From an uncultured Christensenellaceae bacterium (GTDB lineage: Bacteria; Bacillota; Clostridia; Christensenellales; UMGS416), in the NCBI GenBank assembly GCA_964509795.1, contig CAZDZB010000002.1, forward strand, positions 1 to 49,243: a stretch of 49,243 nucleotides of DNA, read 5' to 3'. The number at the start of each line of letters is the position of its first letter. Position 1 is the first letter of the stretch. Made by a program: the position numbers and the translations under genes. The notes under the pieces are model-generated. The model had not been told where the DNA came from. It ran no database searches and worked only from the letters and a program-made list of their open reading frames with translations. Below are positions 36,884 through 46,089 of the stretch, one piece after another.

Positions 36884-36946
36884 GCGCGAAGCCCAGCCAC
36901 AGTTAATAGTAAATTCATGTTTCTTCTATAGCATTTTTTGTAAAAT

Positions 36947-36985
36947 AAAAGGATAGCTAATAGTGCTATCCTTTTATTTTTTTAT
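36947..36985. terminator. Bidirectional terminator downstream of the secreted-protein gene
   Basis: Stem AAAAGGATAGC / GCTATCCTTTT with a 7-nt loop. T-rich flanks on both strands. Confidence 0.75.
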
Positions 36986-36997
36986 TTATTGCTAAAT

Positions 36998-38086
36998 TTA
37001 GTTTTGAACTAACGTAAATGTAACAATTCCTTCATAATTATCTCCGTTTGTTTCAGTCATCGTATCATATGTTTGTAAGAACATATATATGTCTGTGATA
37101 TATATACCTGCATAATCTGTGCCTGTGCCCCAATTTGCTGAAGGAGTCAATCTAATAGGAGTCGTTGTGCCGCCTCCGCTGTATGTAAGTTCCTGCGCTG
37201 TTCCTGTGAAATTATATACATCCTGTGTATCAATTGCAAGTGAGAACTGGTTGTGAGTATCCATAGCCGTATTATAGTTAATAGAAGTCGTATCATTAGT
37301 CCAAGTTTCAACAGTTGAAACGTCAAATGAATAATCACCATTGGACCTGATAAATAAAGTATATGTATTATCAAATATTTGTGAATCTGCTGTATCGTCT
37401 GAATAGCTCATTCCCGGTGTACCTGAAGTCCATTCAGGGCGAGCATCTCCTGATGCAGTCATTAAGCCAAACCATGACATTGAAAGAGGCGTTGTCTCAT
37501 ATCCTTCTGGCAAAGCAAATGCTGTGTTTCCTTGTGCGTCTGTTACTTTTGCAGCCACTACCCATTTATTAGTATCAGACAAATGATCTGTTGGGTCAAC
37601 CTCCATGGCTTCCTGTCCTATAGTAACTGTAAAATTAAATACGAAACTAGTTTCTGAACCTGTCGGGTTTGCCGGAGAAGTGTTTAAGTTCTCTGCACTC
37701 CATGTTGTGTTAGTTAAATCAGTATTAAATGTTGCCCCGTCATATACCTCTATCCAGTTTTCAACTGTACTGTCATTTTCACTTTGTACAATTGTCTTTA
37801 AGTCAGTAGGCGCACCTGCTGTTGTTGTGTGCCAAAACATTACCATAACTTTAGAGATATTGCTAAATTCATCAAGGTCGTTAACGGTTAGGCTAAAAGT
37901 AATTACGTTTGTTGGTGACATCGCCCCCAGACCTGCTGACGCTGTAAATGCCGAAATTGTCGGTTCATAGTCGCTTGTAATTGTAACTGATCCTGTAAAG
38001 TTGTCAGCCAAAGCAATTGCCGGAGCTAAAACAACAGCCAAAACCATTACAATCAGTAAAATAGTTAACGTTTTTTTGTTTCTCAT
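36998..38086 (-). CDS. Secreted Thr/Asn/Ser-rich protein of unknown function
   Basis: I start it at MRNKKTLTILLIVMVLAVVLAPAIALA-DNF (ATG 38086, RBS AAAAGGAG 7 nt upstream). This gives a classic Sec signal peptide. There is no lipobox, LPXTG motif or C-terminal TM helix. The track ORF start (TTG 38176) is an in-frame 5' extension. Confidence 0.7.
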   Translation of the reverse strand: MRNKKTLTILLIVMVLAVVLAPAIALADNFTGSVTITSDYEPTISAFTASAGLGAMSPTNVITFSLTVNDLDEFSNISKVMVMFWHTTTAGAPTDLKTIVQSENDSTVENWIEVYDGATFNTDLTNTTWSAENLNTSPANPTGSETSFVFNFTVTIGQEAMEVDPTDHLSDTNKWVVAAKVTDAQGNTAFALPEGYETTPLSMSWFGLMTASGDARPEWTSGTPGMSYSDDTADSQIFDNTYTLFIRSNGDYSFDVSTVETWTNDTTSINYNTAMDTHNQFSLAIDTQDVYNFTGTAQELTYSGGGTTTPIRLTPSANWGTGTDYAGIYITDIYMFLQTYDTMTETNGDNYEGIVTFTLVQN

Positions 38087-38276
38087 ATACTTGTCTCCTT
38101 TTCGAAAATAATGTACTTGCATATCTATTTCTATTGCGTTTTCAAAATCAAAATATAATACCCAACTACTCCTCAAACCCCAAAATTAAAATAAAATAAC
38201 AAAATAAAAATAAAATATAAAACGAAAACTACCTTTTACAATTCTATATTATTATATCATTCTACATTGTTGTTTA

Positions 38277-38305
38277 ATTATAGTATAGAAAATTGTATAA
38301 ATCAA
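38277..38305 (-). promoter_or_regulatory. Putative promoter of the secreted-protein gene
   Basis: On the minus strand: -35 TTGATT (38305-38300), 17-nt spacer, -10 TATAAT (38282-38277). This implies a 5' UTR of about 190 nt that is AU-rich. Confidence 0.5.
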
Positions 38306-38387
38306 CCGAAAGTCAATAAATTTCGCTATTTGTTAACAATTCGACATAAATAAATTAAAATTACACACCTTTTTGTTAATAACTTTT

Positions 38388-39821
38388 TCAATCATAAACA
38401 ATTCCGGGGTTTTTGAGCATGGGAGTCTCTATATAAAGGCTTTCACCTAGCTTTTCGTATATTTTTCCTTCAACTAAAAACTGTACGCTGCTGACGTTTT
38501 CAAACTCCGTAAGAGTGTTTACAACAGAATACACAAACATTTTTCTGTTTTTATACGGAAGCACGGATATTTTATTATATAGGTTTTCCGAAATGCTCAC
38601 AACGCAACATAAATCATGTACAAATACATCTAGAATGTCCTCTTCTGTTACGTCATCTGATATAATCTCAGCTGTATTTGCTTTGTAGTCTGTGTCTGCC
38701 AAAATTATCTCTCGCACACGCTCTTCAGGGCTGTTATATCTGCTCTGACTCATTGCGAAATCTACCTGTACAAGGTAATCCAGGTATCTGTCAGGCAAAT
38801 AAACAGTGACAATCTGACCTATGTAATCAAAAAACATATCTTTTGTGAGCAATGTTTCTTCCAGTGCCGGCTGTCCGTTTATCAAAATCCTTACTGCCGA
38901 TACAGTTTCATAATAGCTTAATAGAGTCAATACAATGCTTCCGCACATCATATACCTTGTTTTATTTTCCATGGTTTCGTATTTTGGCGCTTCCAGTCTG
39001 ATGGTCAAAACATTTTCATCACCTTCTTCGGATATTACAGCGCTTGATGACATCAATACATTCTGAGGAATGCTCGATTGAATTCCGCTTCCATAGTCCG
39101 GTTCATTTTTAAGAAGCTTAAACAAATCTTCTGCAGCCTTCTCTTTGCTTACTGCAACATTTGATATTTCAGCAATCAGAAAGTTGGAGTTAGTATCTAA
39201 AAAATACAGAATATTTTTATTTCTGGTTATTTTTCTATCTTCACTTTCAATTATGTTTATATGGTCTAAATACATCAAGTGAAGTGTGGACCCAATAGAA
39301 GACATCGGATTAACAAGCAGTCCCCTGCTTTCAAACTGCTTGCCGTTCAGCAGTATTTCCACATAATCAATTGCATTAAGTTCACAAAGCGTGTTGACCA
39401 GTGAAACAATTCCGCAAAACATCTCCTGCTCAGAAAATACTGAAAAGTCACCTTCAAGATTAACAGTTGCCAGGTTTCTGCTCAAAACTATCCAGTCAAC
39501 ATCAGCAGTTCCGTAAAAAGGCACCACATAGCTGTCTTCTTGTGTAACTGTGCTGTTTAAGAGCTTTCTGGCTATGGACAATATTTCACTGCCGCCCTGC
39601 ACCACGCTTATTTCCTTTACAATTCTGGATAAAGAAGTGAATCCTGAATCGGGGAAGTACAATGTGACAGTTTTAGTGTTTATGAAATCGCTTTTCATTT
39701 CATATGTTTCACCGACAGTGCTGTTATCCAGTTCATAAATAACTTCTCCGCTGCCTGACACACAGCCGTATAAAAACAACACGCTTAGAAAAAGAGAGGT
39801 TATTTTAATAAGCTTTTTCAT
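38388..39821 (-). CDS. Lipoprotein with GerMN-like repeats
   Basis: 477 aa. Lipobox LYGC. GerMN-like segments VTLYFPDSGFTSLSRIVKEISV...ARKLLN and NILYFLDTNSNFLIAEISNVAV...LFKLLKNEP. The start overlaps the upstream stop (ATGA, 39818-39821). Confidence 0.65.
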   Translation of the reverse strand: MKKLIKITSLFLSVLFLYGCVSGSGEVIYELDNSTVGETYEMKSDFINTKTVTLYFPDSGFTSLSRIVKEISVVQGGSEILSIARKLLNSTVTQEDSYVVPFYGTADVDWIVLSRNLATVNLEGDFSVFSEQEMFCGIVSLVNTLCELNAIDYVEILLNGKQFESRGLLVNPMSSIGSTLHLMYLDHINIIESEDRKITRNKNILYFLDTNSNFLIAEISNVAVSKEKAAEDLFKLLKNEPDYGSGIQSSIPQNVLMSSSAVISEEGDENVLTIRLEAPKYETMENKTRYMMCGSIVLTLLSYYETVSAVRILINGQPALEETLLTKDMFFDYIGQIVTVYLPDRYLDYLVQVDFAMSQSRYNSPEERVREIILADTDYKANTAEIISDDVTEEDILDVFVHDLCCVVSISENLYNKISVLPYKNRKMFVYSVVNTLTEFENVSSVQFLVEGKIYEKLGESLYIETPMLKNPGIVYD

Positions 39822-40810
39822 ACGTACTCACCTAAAAGTATCTGATTCAGCGAAACAATGGAGCATTTCCATATTCCGTCTTCTGTCTGCATTTTTACCG
39901 AGACGTTTTCTTTTGTTGTTGATGTGCCGTCGCTTAGCGCGTAAGTGTATGACAAAACAATCACTGCTGATTTGCCGTTTAGTGCAACGGTGCTGCTTAT
40001 TATGCTGTATTCCAGCAAAGACAAATCACTAAGCTCAAACTGACGCGCCGCTTCATCCGAAGTTACATCAGCATTGTCTGCAAGGCTTGTGTATTCCATC
40101 ACTTTTGTCCAGTTCTTCTCTGTTATTGAATTCATTACTGTTTCAATTGCAGAGAGAGGTGAAAAAATGATATCCGTGTTTCTGTACAGAGGCTCCATCA
40201 GCTGGTTTTCGTCTTCTCCTGTAAAACCCATTTCTTTTCTTGTGGGCCTGGTACCTGTTCCGTTGTTATCATAGTCAATATATATCTGAACAAAAGAATA
40301 ATTCCCTATTTCAGTTATAGTGTCGGCTATTGCGTATAAGGCCATCCTTCTTGTACTTAAAATCAATGCTTCTTTTTCTGCTTCATCTTCAATGTCTTCT
40401 CCCAGCCCTGAAGGCGGAGTAAGGAAATCATCGCTTAATGACACAAAAAGCACGTCTTCTTTTCCAATTACTGAAATAACCTTTGTATCTTTATTAATGT
40501 TTGCAGTTATGTTTGCGTAGCTGCCCTTTGGACCTGCAATCAATTCTTTTATAAGTGTCTCTTCTACACTTTTACTTTCAGGTATGGTGAGCGTCCTGAC
40601 TTCGGGTGTAATATAATTCTCCCCTTCCAGTTGAAAATACAGCATATATTCTTTTGACTGTACTTCGCTGGTGTCGCCGGGATATAAAGGAGTGTCATCT
40701 TCCACATCAGGGTCATTTATTAATGGTGAACACCCTGGTAAGAATAATATGAAAATACCAGCTGTAAATAATATACTGAAAAATTTAATGTTAATTTTTT
40801 TTATGTTCAT
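39818..40810 (-). CDS. Lipoprotein with GerMN domain
   Basis: 330 aa. Lipobox LPGC. GerMN signature YMLYFQLEGENYITPEVRTLTIPESKSVEETLIKELIAGPKG. Starts 4 nt after the kinase stop. Confidence 0.7.
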   Translation of the reverse strand: MNIKKINIKFFSILFTAGIFILFLPGCSPLINDPDVEDDTPLYPGDTSEVQSKEYMLYFQLEGENYITPEVRTLTIPESKSVEETLIKELIAGPKGSYANITANINKDTKVISVIGKEDVLFVSLSDDFLTPPSGLGEDIEDEAEKEALILSTRRMALYAIADTITEIGNYSFVQIYIDYDNNGTGTRPTRKEMGFTGEDENQLMEPLYRNTDIIFSPLSAIETVMNSITEKNWTKVMEYTSLADNADVTSDEAARQFELSDLSLLEYSIISSTVALNGKSAVIVLSYTYALSDGTSTTKENVSVKMQTEDGIWKCSIVSLNQILLGEYV

Positions 40811-40814
40811 GGTT

Positions 40815-42323
40815 TCATACCTGCTTATTACTATTTTTCGGCAAAGTCACGTTTATTTTAGTGCCTTTATTTAGTTCAGACTCAGCGTATATTTCACCTT
40901 CATGCAGCCTAACTATTGATTTAACTATGGACAGCCCCAGTCCGCTGCCGCCGGTTTCTCTAGCGCGTGCTTTGTCCACTCTGTAGAATCTGTCAAAAAT
41001 GTATGGCAGCTCTTCATTAGGAATGCCTATTCCCGTATCTTCAATGGACAGTTTAAGATTTTGTACATTTTGAGTAAGAGTGACATTTACGTTTCCGTTG
41101 TCTCCGGTGTATTTTATGGCGTTCTCAATAATATTAATACACATTCTTTCAATGAGTTTTATATCCGCATTTATGTAACACTGGGCAGAAAGGTCAGTAT
41201 TAATGCTAATGTTTTTCTTTTCGGCAATCCCCTTTAGCTTCCTGCACACATCACCTACCAACTCAGACAAATCAAATTCTGCAAAATGAAGTATCTGTTT
41301 CCCTTCCTCGTCCTGCCTCACCAAAACAAGCAGCTCATTAATCATTATTGTAAGGCGATCAATTTCATTGTTTATGTCGTTTAAAAATTCTTTAGTCATT
41401 TCCTTGCTATATTTTTTTTGGTGCTGCAAAGTTTCAACCAGAACTTTTATTGACGCCATTGGTGTTTTCAGCTCATGAGAGGCGTTGGCAACAAAATCAT
41501 TCCTTGTTCGGTCGATGTCTTCCAGCCTTTGGGTCATGTCGTTAAAAGTGTTGGCCATCAGCGCGAGCTCTGATTTTCCGTATATAGAGACTCTATGCCT
41601 GAAATCCCCCTGGCCGATTCTTATAATACCTTGAGTCAGCACTTTTATGGGCTTAACCATAGCTCCTGAAATAAACGCGCTAATAATCAGCACCAATACT
41701 CCAGTAATTAAAATAACGACCAGCATCTGCCATCTTATCAAGGCGGTCTGCTCAACAATGCTTTCAATGCTGACGCTTAATATCATGGATCCTTTTATCT
41801 GCGACGCTGAAACAATAGGAATAGCACAGTAAAGAACCCACTCATACCCTTTTTGAGATTTTCCAACTAGCCTTTGCATCTCTCCAAAAAAATTGTTCGC
41901 ATAAGAAGAGGTTCTTTCGCTTGTGCTTTCCAGCAGGTGATACCCAAAACCAGCTTCGCTTTCTCCGCTCAGCACACTCATCACCTCGGACTGGTCCAGT
42001 TTTTGTCCGTTTAACGCGGAAAATCCGTCAACCTGTACTATGCCTCTATTATCCACTATTATTATCCTGCCGTCGAACTCTGTACCTATTTCCTTTGCAA
42101 GTGCGTGCAGCGAATCAGAATCAGATTTGGACAGCAAAGAAGCCGCCTGAACTGAATAATTCTGTACGGCTTCAATATATTCCGAAGCGGCTCGCTGAAC
42201 CATATATTCTTCAACGACACCGCTTACTAATTCAAATATAACATATAGCGCCACTGCGATAGCTAGAAAGTAAGCAGCAACTATTCTCCATCTGATGCTA
42301 TGTAATGGATTATTTCTCAGCAA
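40815..42323 (-). CDS. Sensor histidine kinase (2 TM, extracytoplasmic sensor domain of about 160 aa, HAMP, DHp, CA; no cytoplasmic PAS)
   Basis: 502 aa. H-box FVANASHELKTPM, N-box IIENAIKYT, G-boxes IEDTGIGIP and GGSGLGLSI. The TTG start at 42323 overlaps the regulator gene by 14 nt. Confidence 0.88.
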   Translation of the reverse strand: MLRNNPLHSIRWRIVAAYFLAIAVALYVIFELVSGVVEEYMVQRAASEYIEAVQNYSVQAASLLSKSDSDSLHALAKEIGTEFDGRIIIVDNRGIVQVDGFSALNGQKLDQSEVMSVLSGESEAGFGYHLLESTSERTSSYANNFFGEMQRLVGKSQKGYEWVLYCAIPIVSASQIKGSMILSVSIESIVEQTALIRWQMLVVILITGVLVLIISAFISGAMVKPIKVLTQGIIRIGQGDFRHRVSIYGKSELALMANTFNDMTQRLEDIDRTRNDFVANASHELKTPMASIKVLVETLQHQKKYSKEMTKEFLNDINNEIDRLTIMINELLVLVRQDEEGKQILHFAEFDLSELVGDVCRKLKGIAEKKNISINTDLSAQCYINADIKLIERMCINIIENAIKYTGDNGNVNVTLTQNVQNLKLSIEDTGIGIPNEELPYIFDRFYRVDKARARETGGSGLGLSIVKSIVRLHEGEIYAESELNKGTKINVTLPKNSNKQV

Positions 42324-42999
42324 AGTAATACCCGAAACCCCACTTTGTTAAAATATACTCAGGCTGTGCAGAATCAGGTTCGATTTTCTCACGAAGCCTT
42401 CTTATATGAACATCTACCGTTCTTAGTTCACCCATATAGTCATACTTCCAAACTGTATCTAAAAGCTGTTCTCGCGAAAATACCTTGCCTTTATTTACAA
42501 TGAATAAATGAAGCAGATCAAACTCTTTTGCAGTCAGGTTAATGTCTTTCCCATTTACCTGTACGGAACGGTTATCCAAATTGACAATCATACCTTTAAC
42601 AGTAATCTCATTGTTTGAGTTGTCCGGAACAAGTGAGTCAATGCGCCTGAATAATGATTTGATCCTTGCTTTAACTTCAAGAATGTTAAAAGGTTTTACC
42701 AGATAATCATCGGCACCGTACTCAAGGCCAAGAATCTTGTCCATATCCTCTCCTTTTGCGGTAACCATGATAATTGGAATTGACTTTGTCTCCCTCACCT
42801 GCTGGCACACGGCTGTTCCGTCAACTTTCGGCAACATCAAATCCAGCAGTACCAGGTCAAACTCACCCTCATTGATTTTATTCAATGCTTCTTCCCCGTC
42901 ATAGGCTGTGTCTGTCTCGTAGCCTTCCTGTTCAAGCGAAAATTTAAGTCCTTTAACAATTAACGGTTCGTCATCAACGATTAATATTCTCTTTGGCAT
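42310..42999 (-). CDS. OmpR-family response regulator, WalR/VicR-like
   Basis: 229 aa. Receiver ILIVDDE...DLVLLDLMLPKVDG...IIMVTAKGEDMDKILGLEYGADDYLVKPF closely parallels the YycF/WalR receiver. Winged-helix C-terminus RTVDVHIRRLREKIE. Confidence 0.85.
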   Translation of the reverse strand: MPKRILIVDDEPLIVKGLKFSLEQEGYETDTAYDGEEALNKINEGEFDLVLLDLMLPKVDGTAVCQQVRETKSIPIIMVTAKGEDMDKILGLEYGADDYLVKPFNILEVKARIKSLFRRIDSLVPDNSNNEITVKGMIVNLDNRSVQVNGKDINLTAKEFDLLHLFIVNKGKVFSREQLLDTVWKYDYMGELRTVDVHIRRLREKIEPDSAQPEYILTKWGFGYYFAEK

Positions 43000-43159
43000 A
43001 AGGTAATAATCCTTTACTAAAATACTTACTTACTGAAATAACTATACACTATATCATAACATATTTGTAATACTTTTAAACTATTTTTTTAAATAAATGC
43101 TTAATTTGCGGAAAATAAACGTTATATTACTGCATAAAATGTAATAATATGTTATTTTT

Positions 43160-43786
43160 CTAATTGTTTACTGCGAGTAAAATTCTCTGAACAGTTTTTT
43201 TGATAAATTTATCAATGCCGTCCAAAGTCAAATACTGCATACTGTCAATTACAGGATCATATTTGATAGACTGTGCCTTTTGTGTTTTAAAAATCTCCAC
43301 TTCTCCAGGGCTTACATAAAAATGCAGGTTATTAATTTTTGCCCCCGAAATAGCATTCCATAAATTCTGATATTCTTTTTGCCTGTACAGCCATTTTTCG
43401 ATATAATCCATGTCATCTGTCATAACACTTTTCGAAAAACTATCATCATGTTCTTTGATAAGTTTTGCGTAAATGCTGGAAAGCCATAAAACATCTGTCA
43501 TAACATGCAAAGCATATCCTTTCATAAACGGGCTTTCTGCTTGCTTAAATTCCTCGACAGCCTCTTTCCAGCTTGCCTTTATGCTTTTACACCTGTAGTG
43601 AGAACTTTCAAAGTCTTCTTGGGTTAAATTTGACCTGACAAAAACTGCATCCGGGGCTATTGACCCCAAAAGGAACTGCCCTGATACGTTAATACCAACC
43701 TTTTGAGCAATATCATTTGCTATTTTTAAATTTATAGTAGCAGGCGCCATGTCTGCAAAATTTGTATACAATTTATTATTCGCCAT
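43160..43786 (-). CDS. Hypothetical protein, possibly zinc-dependent phospholipase-C-like hydrolase fold
   Basis: About 208 aa. GSIAPD and HVMTD (HxxxD) motifs recall the small bacterial PLC-like family, but the assignment is weak. ATG 43786 overlaps the glpP TGA by 1 nt. The track start at 43789 is a TTG. Confidence 0.45.
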   Translation of the reverse strand: MANNKLYTNFADMAPATINLKIANDIAQKVGINVSGQFLLGSIAPDAVFVRSNLTQEDFESSHYRCKSIKASWKEAVEEFKQAESPFMKGYALHVMTDVLWLSSIYAKLIKEHDDSFSKSVMTDDMDYIEKWLYRQKEYQNLWNAISGAKINNLHFYVSPGEVEIFKTQKAQSIKYDPVIDSMQYLTLDGIDKFIKKTVQRILLAVNN

Positions 43787-44358
43787 CAATTACTCCCTTT
43801 GCTCCAAAGCTCCATAGTGCTGGTTGACACTGCTAACGCTCCGGCTTTCAAGGCGATATCCGCCTCACTTTTTTCTGTTATCATTCCACCGGCTATTATT
43901 GGCTGTCTTATATGTTTTTTTATGTCTGAAATTGCCTTTGGTATTACTCCCGGCATAAGTTCAATAAAATCAGCTGATGATTTTTCAGCCATATCAATGC
44001 CGGTCTTAATAGAACTTGAATCCAATAAAAACATGCGCTGTACAGCAAGCATATCAAGCTGTTTTGCGTGTTTAATAAGGTGATGCCTGGTGCTGATTAT
44101 TCCATGTGGTTTTATTTCGTTTTTCAAAAATTCCACAGCCCACGTGTCCTTGCCCAAGCCTTCTACCAGGTCCACATGAACAAACACAATCTTGTTTTTA
44201 TTAACTAGCAGGCTGACTATTTTAGGAAGGCTGCAAATAGTGCATCCTAATACAAACACCACAGAACACTCTGACACTGATGCATACCTTGCGGACTTTT
44301 CGTCTTTAACTGCTGCTATGATTTTAGAATTTTCAAAAAGCTTATATAATGTATTCAT
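43786..44358 (-). CDS. glpP: Glycerol-3-phosphate-responsive antiterminator GlpP
   Basis: 190 aa. Collinear with B. subtilis GlpP: VHVDLVEGLGKD, GIISTR, AVQRMFLLDSSS, ADFIELMPGVIPK, IIAGGMI. Confidence 0.85.
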   Translation of the reverse strand: MNTLYKLFENSKIIAAVKDEKSARYASVSECSVVFVLGCTICSLPKIVSLLVNKNKIVFVHVDLVEGLGKDTWAVEFLKNEIKPHGIISTRHHLIKHAKQLDMLAVQRMFLLDSSSIKTGIDMAEKSSADFIELMPGVIPKAISDIKKHIRQPIIAGGMITEKSEADIALKAGALAVSTSTMELWSKGSN

Positions 44359-44442
44359 AATTTTTCTTTCTTAGTCATAGTATATAGTATAGCCGTAATT
44401 ACAATCTGTCAATAAATTTATTATTCGCTGACACACAAAAAA

Positions 44443-44469
44443 CCCCTTCTATCGTACAGATAAAAGGGG
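44443..44469 (-). terminator. Rho-independent terminator of ilvC
   Basis: On the minus strand: CCCCUU..UAUC / GAUA..AAGGGG hairpin, followed by TTTTTTGTGTG. Confidence 0.7.
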
Positions 44470-44494
44470 GAAATTATAAACCAAATTTAGCTTT

Positions 44495-45517
<1,023 letters not shown>

Positions 45518-46018
45518 TTATAATTCATATTTTTTCAGAACATCATCACCGCGCTCAAGAGCAACCATTCCGGTCCTTGCGATTTCTTCAATACCGAACG
45601 GTTCAAGCTCCTTGACCGACTCGTTTATGTATTCAGTACGGCCTGTGATTTCAATAGTAGTTGTGCTTTCGCCCATGTCAACTACCCTGCCCCACAGCTG
45701 CCCTACTTTCTCCATAAGTTCAACTTTGCTTTTTTGTGACTTTACTTTAATGAGTGCCACCTCGCTTAATGTCTGGCGGCCTTCGGTGATTTCTTTAACC
45801 TGCTTAACGTCAATCAGTTTATTAAGCTGTTTAATAACCTGCTGGGTTATCTGCTCATCTGCGCGCATTACAATAGTAATTCTTGACAAAGAATCATCAT
45901 GTGTCACGCCCACTGTAAGGCTGTCAATATTAAAACCGCGCCTGCTGATAAGCCCTGAAACTCTGCTGAGAACTCCCGGCTGATTTGATACTATAAAGGA
46001 AATAATTCTTTGTTTCAT
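45518..46018 (-). CDS. ilvN: Acetolactate synthase small (regulatory) subunit
   Basis: ACT domain ISFIVSNQPGVLSRVSGLISRRGFNIDSLTVG. I prefer ATG 46018 (MKQRII). The track start at 46042 adds 8 aa. Confidence 0.85.
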   Translation of the reverse strand: MKQRIISFIVSNQPGVLSRVSGLISRRGFNIDSLTVGVTHDDSLSRITIVMRADEQITQQVIKQLNKLIDVKQVKEITEGRQTLSEVALIKVKSQKSKVELMEKVGQLWGRVVDMGESTTTIEITGRTEYINESVKELEPFGIEEIARTGMVALERGDDVLKKYEL

Positions 46019-46089
46019 GTAATCACCAATATAAACTTTCAAATAATATTTATCAAAACTTATAATTATTCAAAATAATATTGCTAAAT

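Larger units (their letters stand above)
36685..36911 (+). repeat. Direct repeat of about 70 nt with 157-bp period (copies at 36685-36756 and 36842-36911)
   Basis: CCAAAGCGATGTTTTATTAAAAACATCGCTATTT is identical in both copies. It is followed in both by GCGCGAAGCCCAGC(G/C)ACAGTT..AGTA, with a few substitutions and indels. Copy A starts at the CCA end of tRNA-Glu. Confidence 0.9.

Noticed and set aside
37000-38090. Secreted protein as a TasA/camelysin-type (SipW-dependent) fibre subunit.
   Set aside because: The signal region lacks the SipW-type A-x-F-[ST]-D motif, no sipW-like peptidase gene is nearby, and I see no sequence similarity. The idea is left only as something a structure search could revisit.
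38087-38176. N-terminal extensions in track ORFs: 38176 for the secreted protein, 48740 for rpsF, 8702 for fnlC, 21297 for the ABC subunit, 13132 for degV, 46042 for ilvN and 43789 for the PLC-like gene.
   Set aside because: In each case an internal ATG with a proper RBS gives the family-typical N-terminus or a proper signal peptide. The extension overlaps an upstream gene, leader or RBS.
38170-38235. A-rich low-complexity tract (AAAATTAAAATAAAATAACAAAATAAAAATAAAATATAAAA), considered as a tandem repeat or CRISPR-like array.
   Set aside because: There is no defined unit or spacer structure. It is simple AT-rich low complexity inside the predicted 5' UTR of the secreted-protein gene.
43140-43155. 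Direct repeat TGTAAT-AATA-TGTTAT upstream of the response-regulator gene, considered as a WalR box.
   Set aside because: The canonical WalR site is TGTWAH-N5-TGTWAH, and here the spacer is 4 nt. The element sits about 140 nt upstream in very AT-rich DNA, where such hexamers arise by chance. That is not enough to call a binding site.
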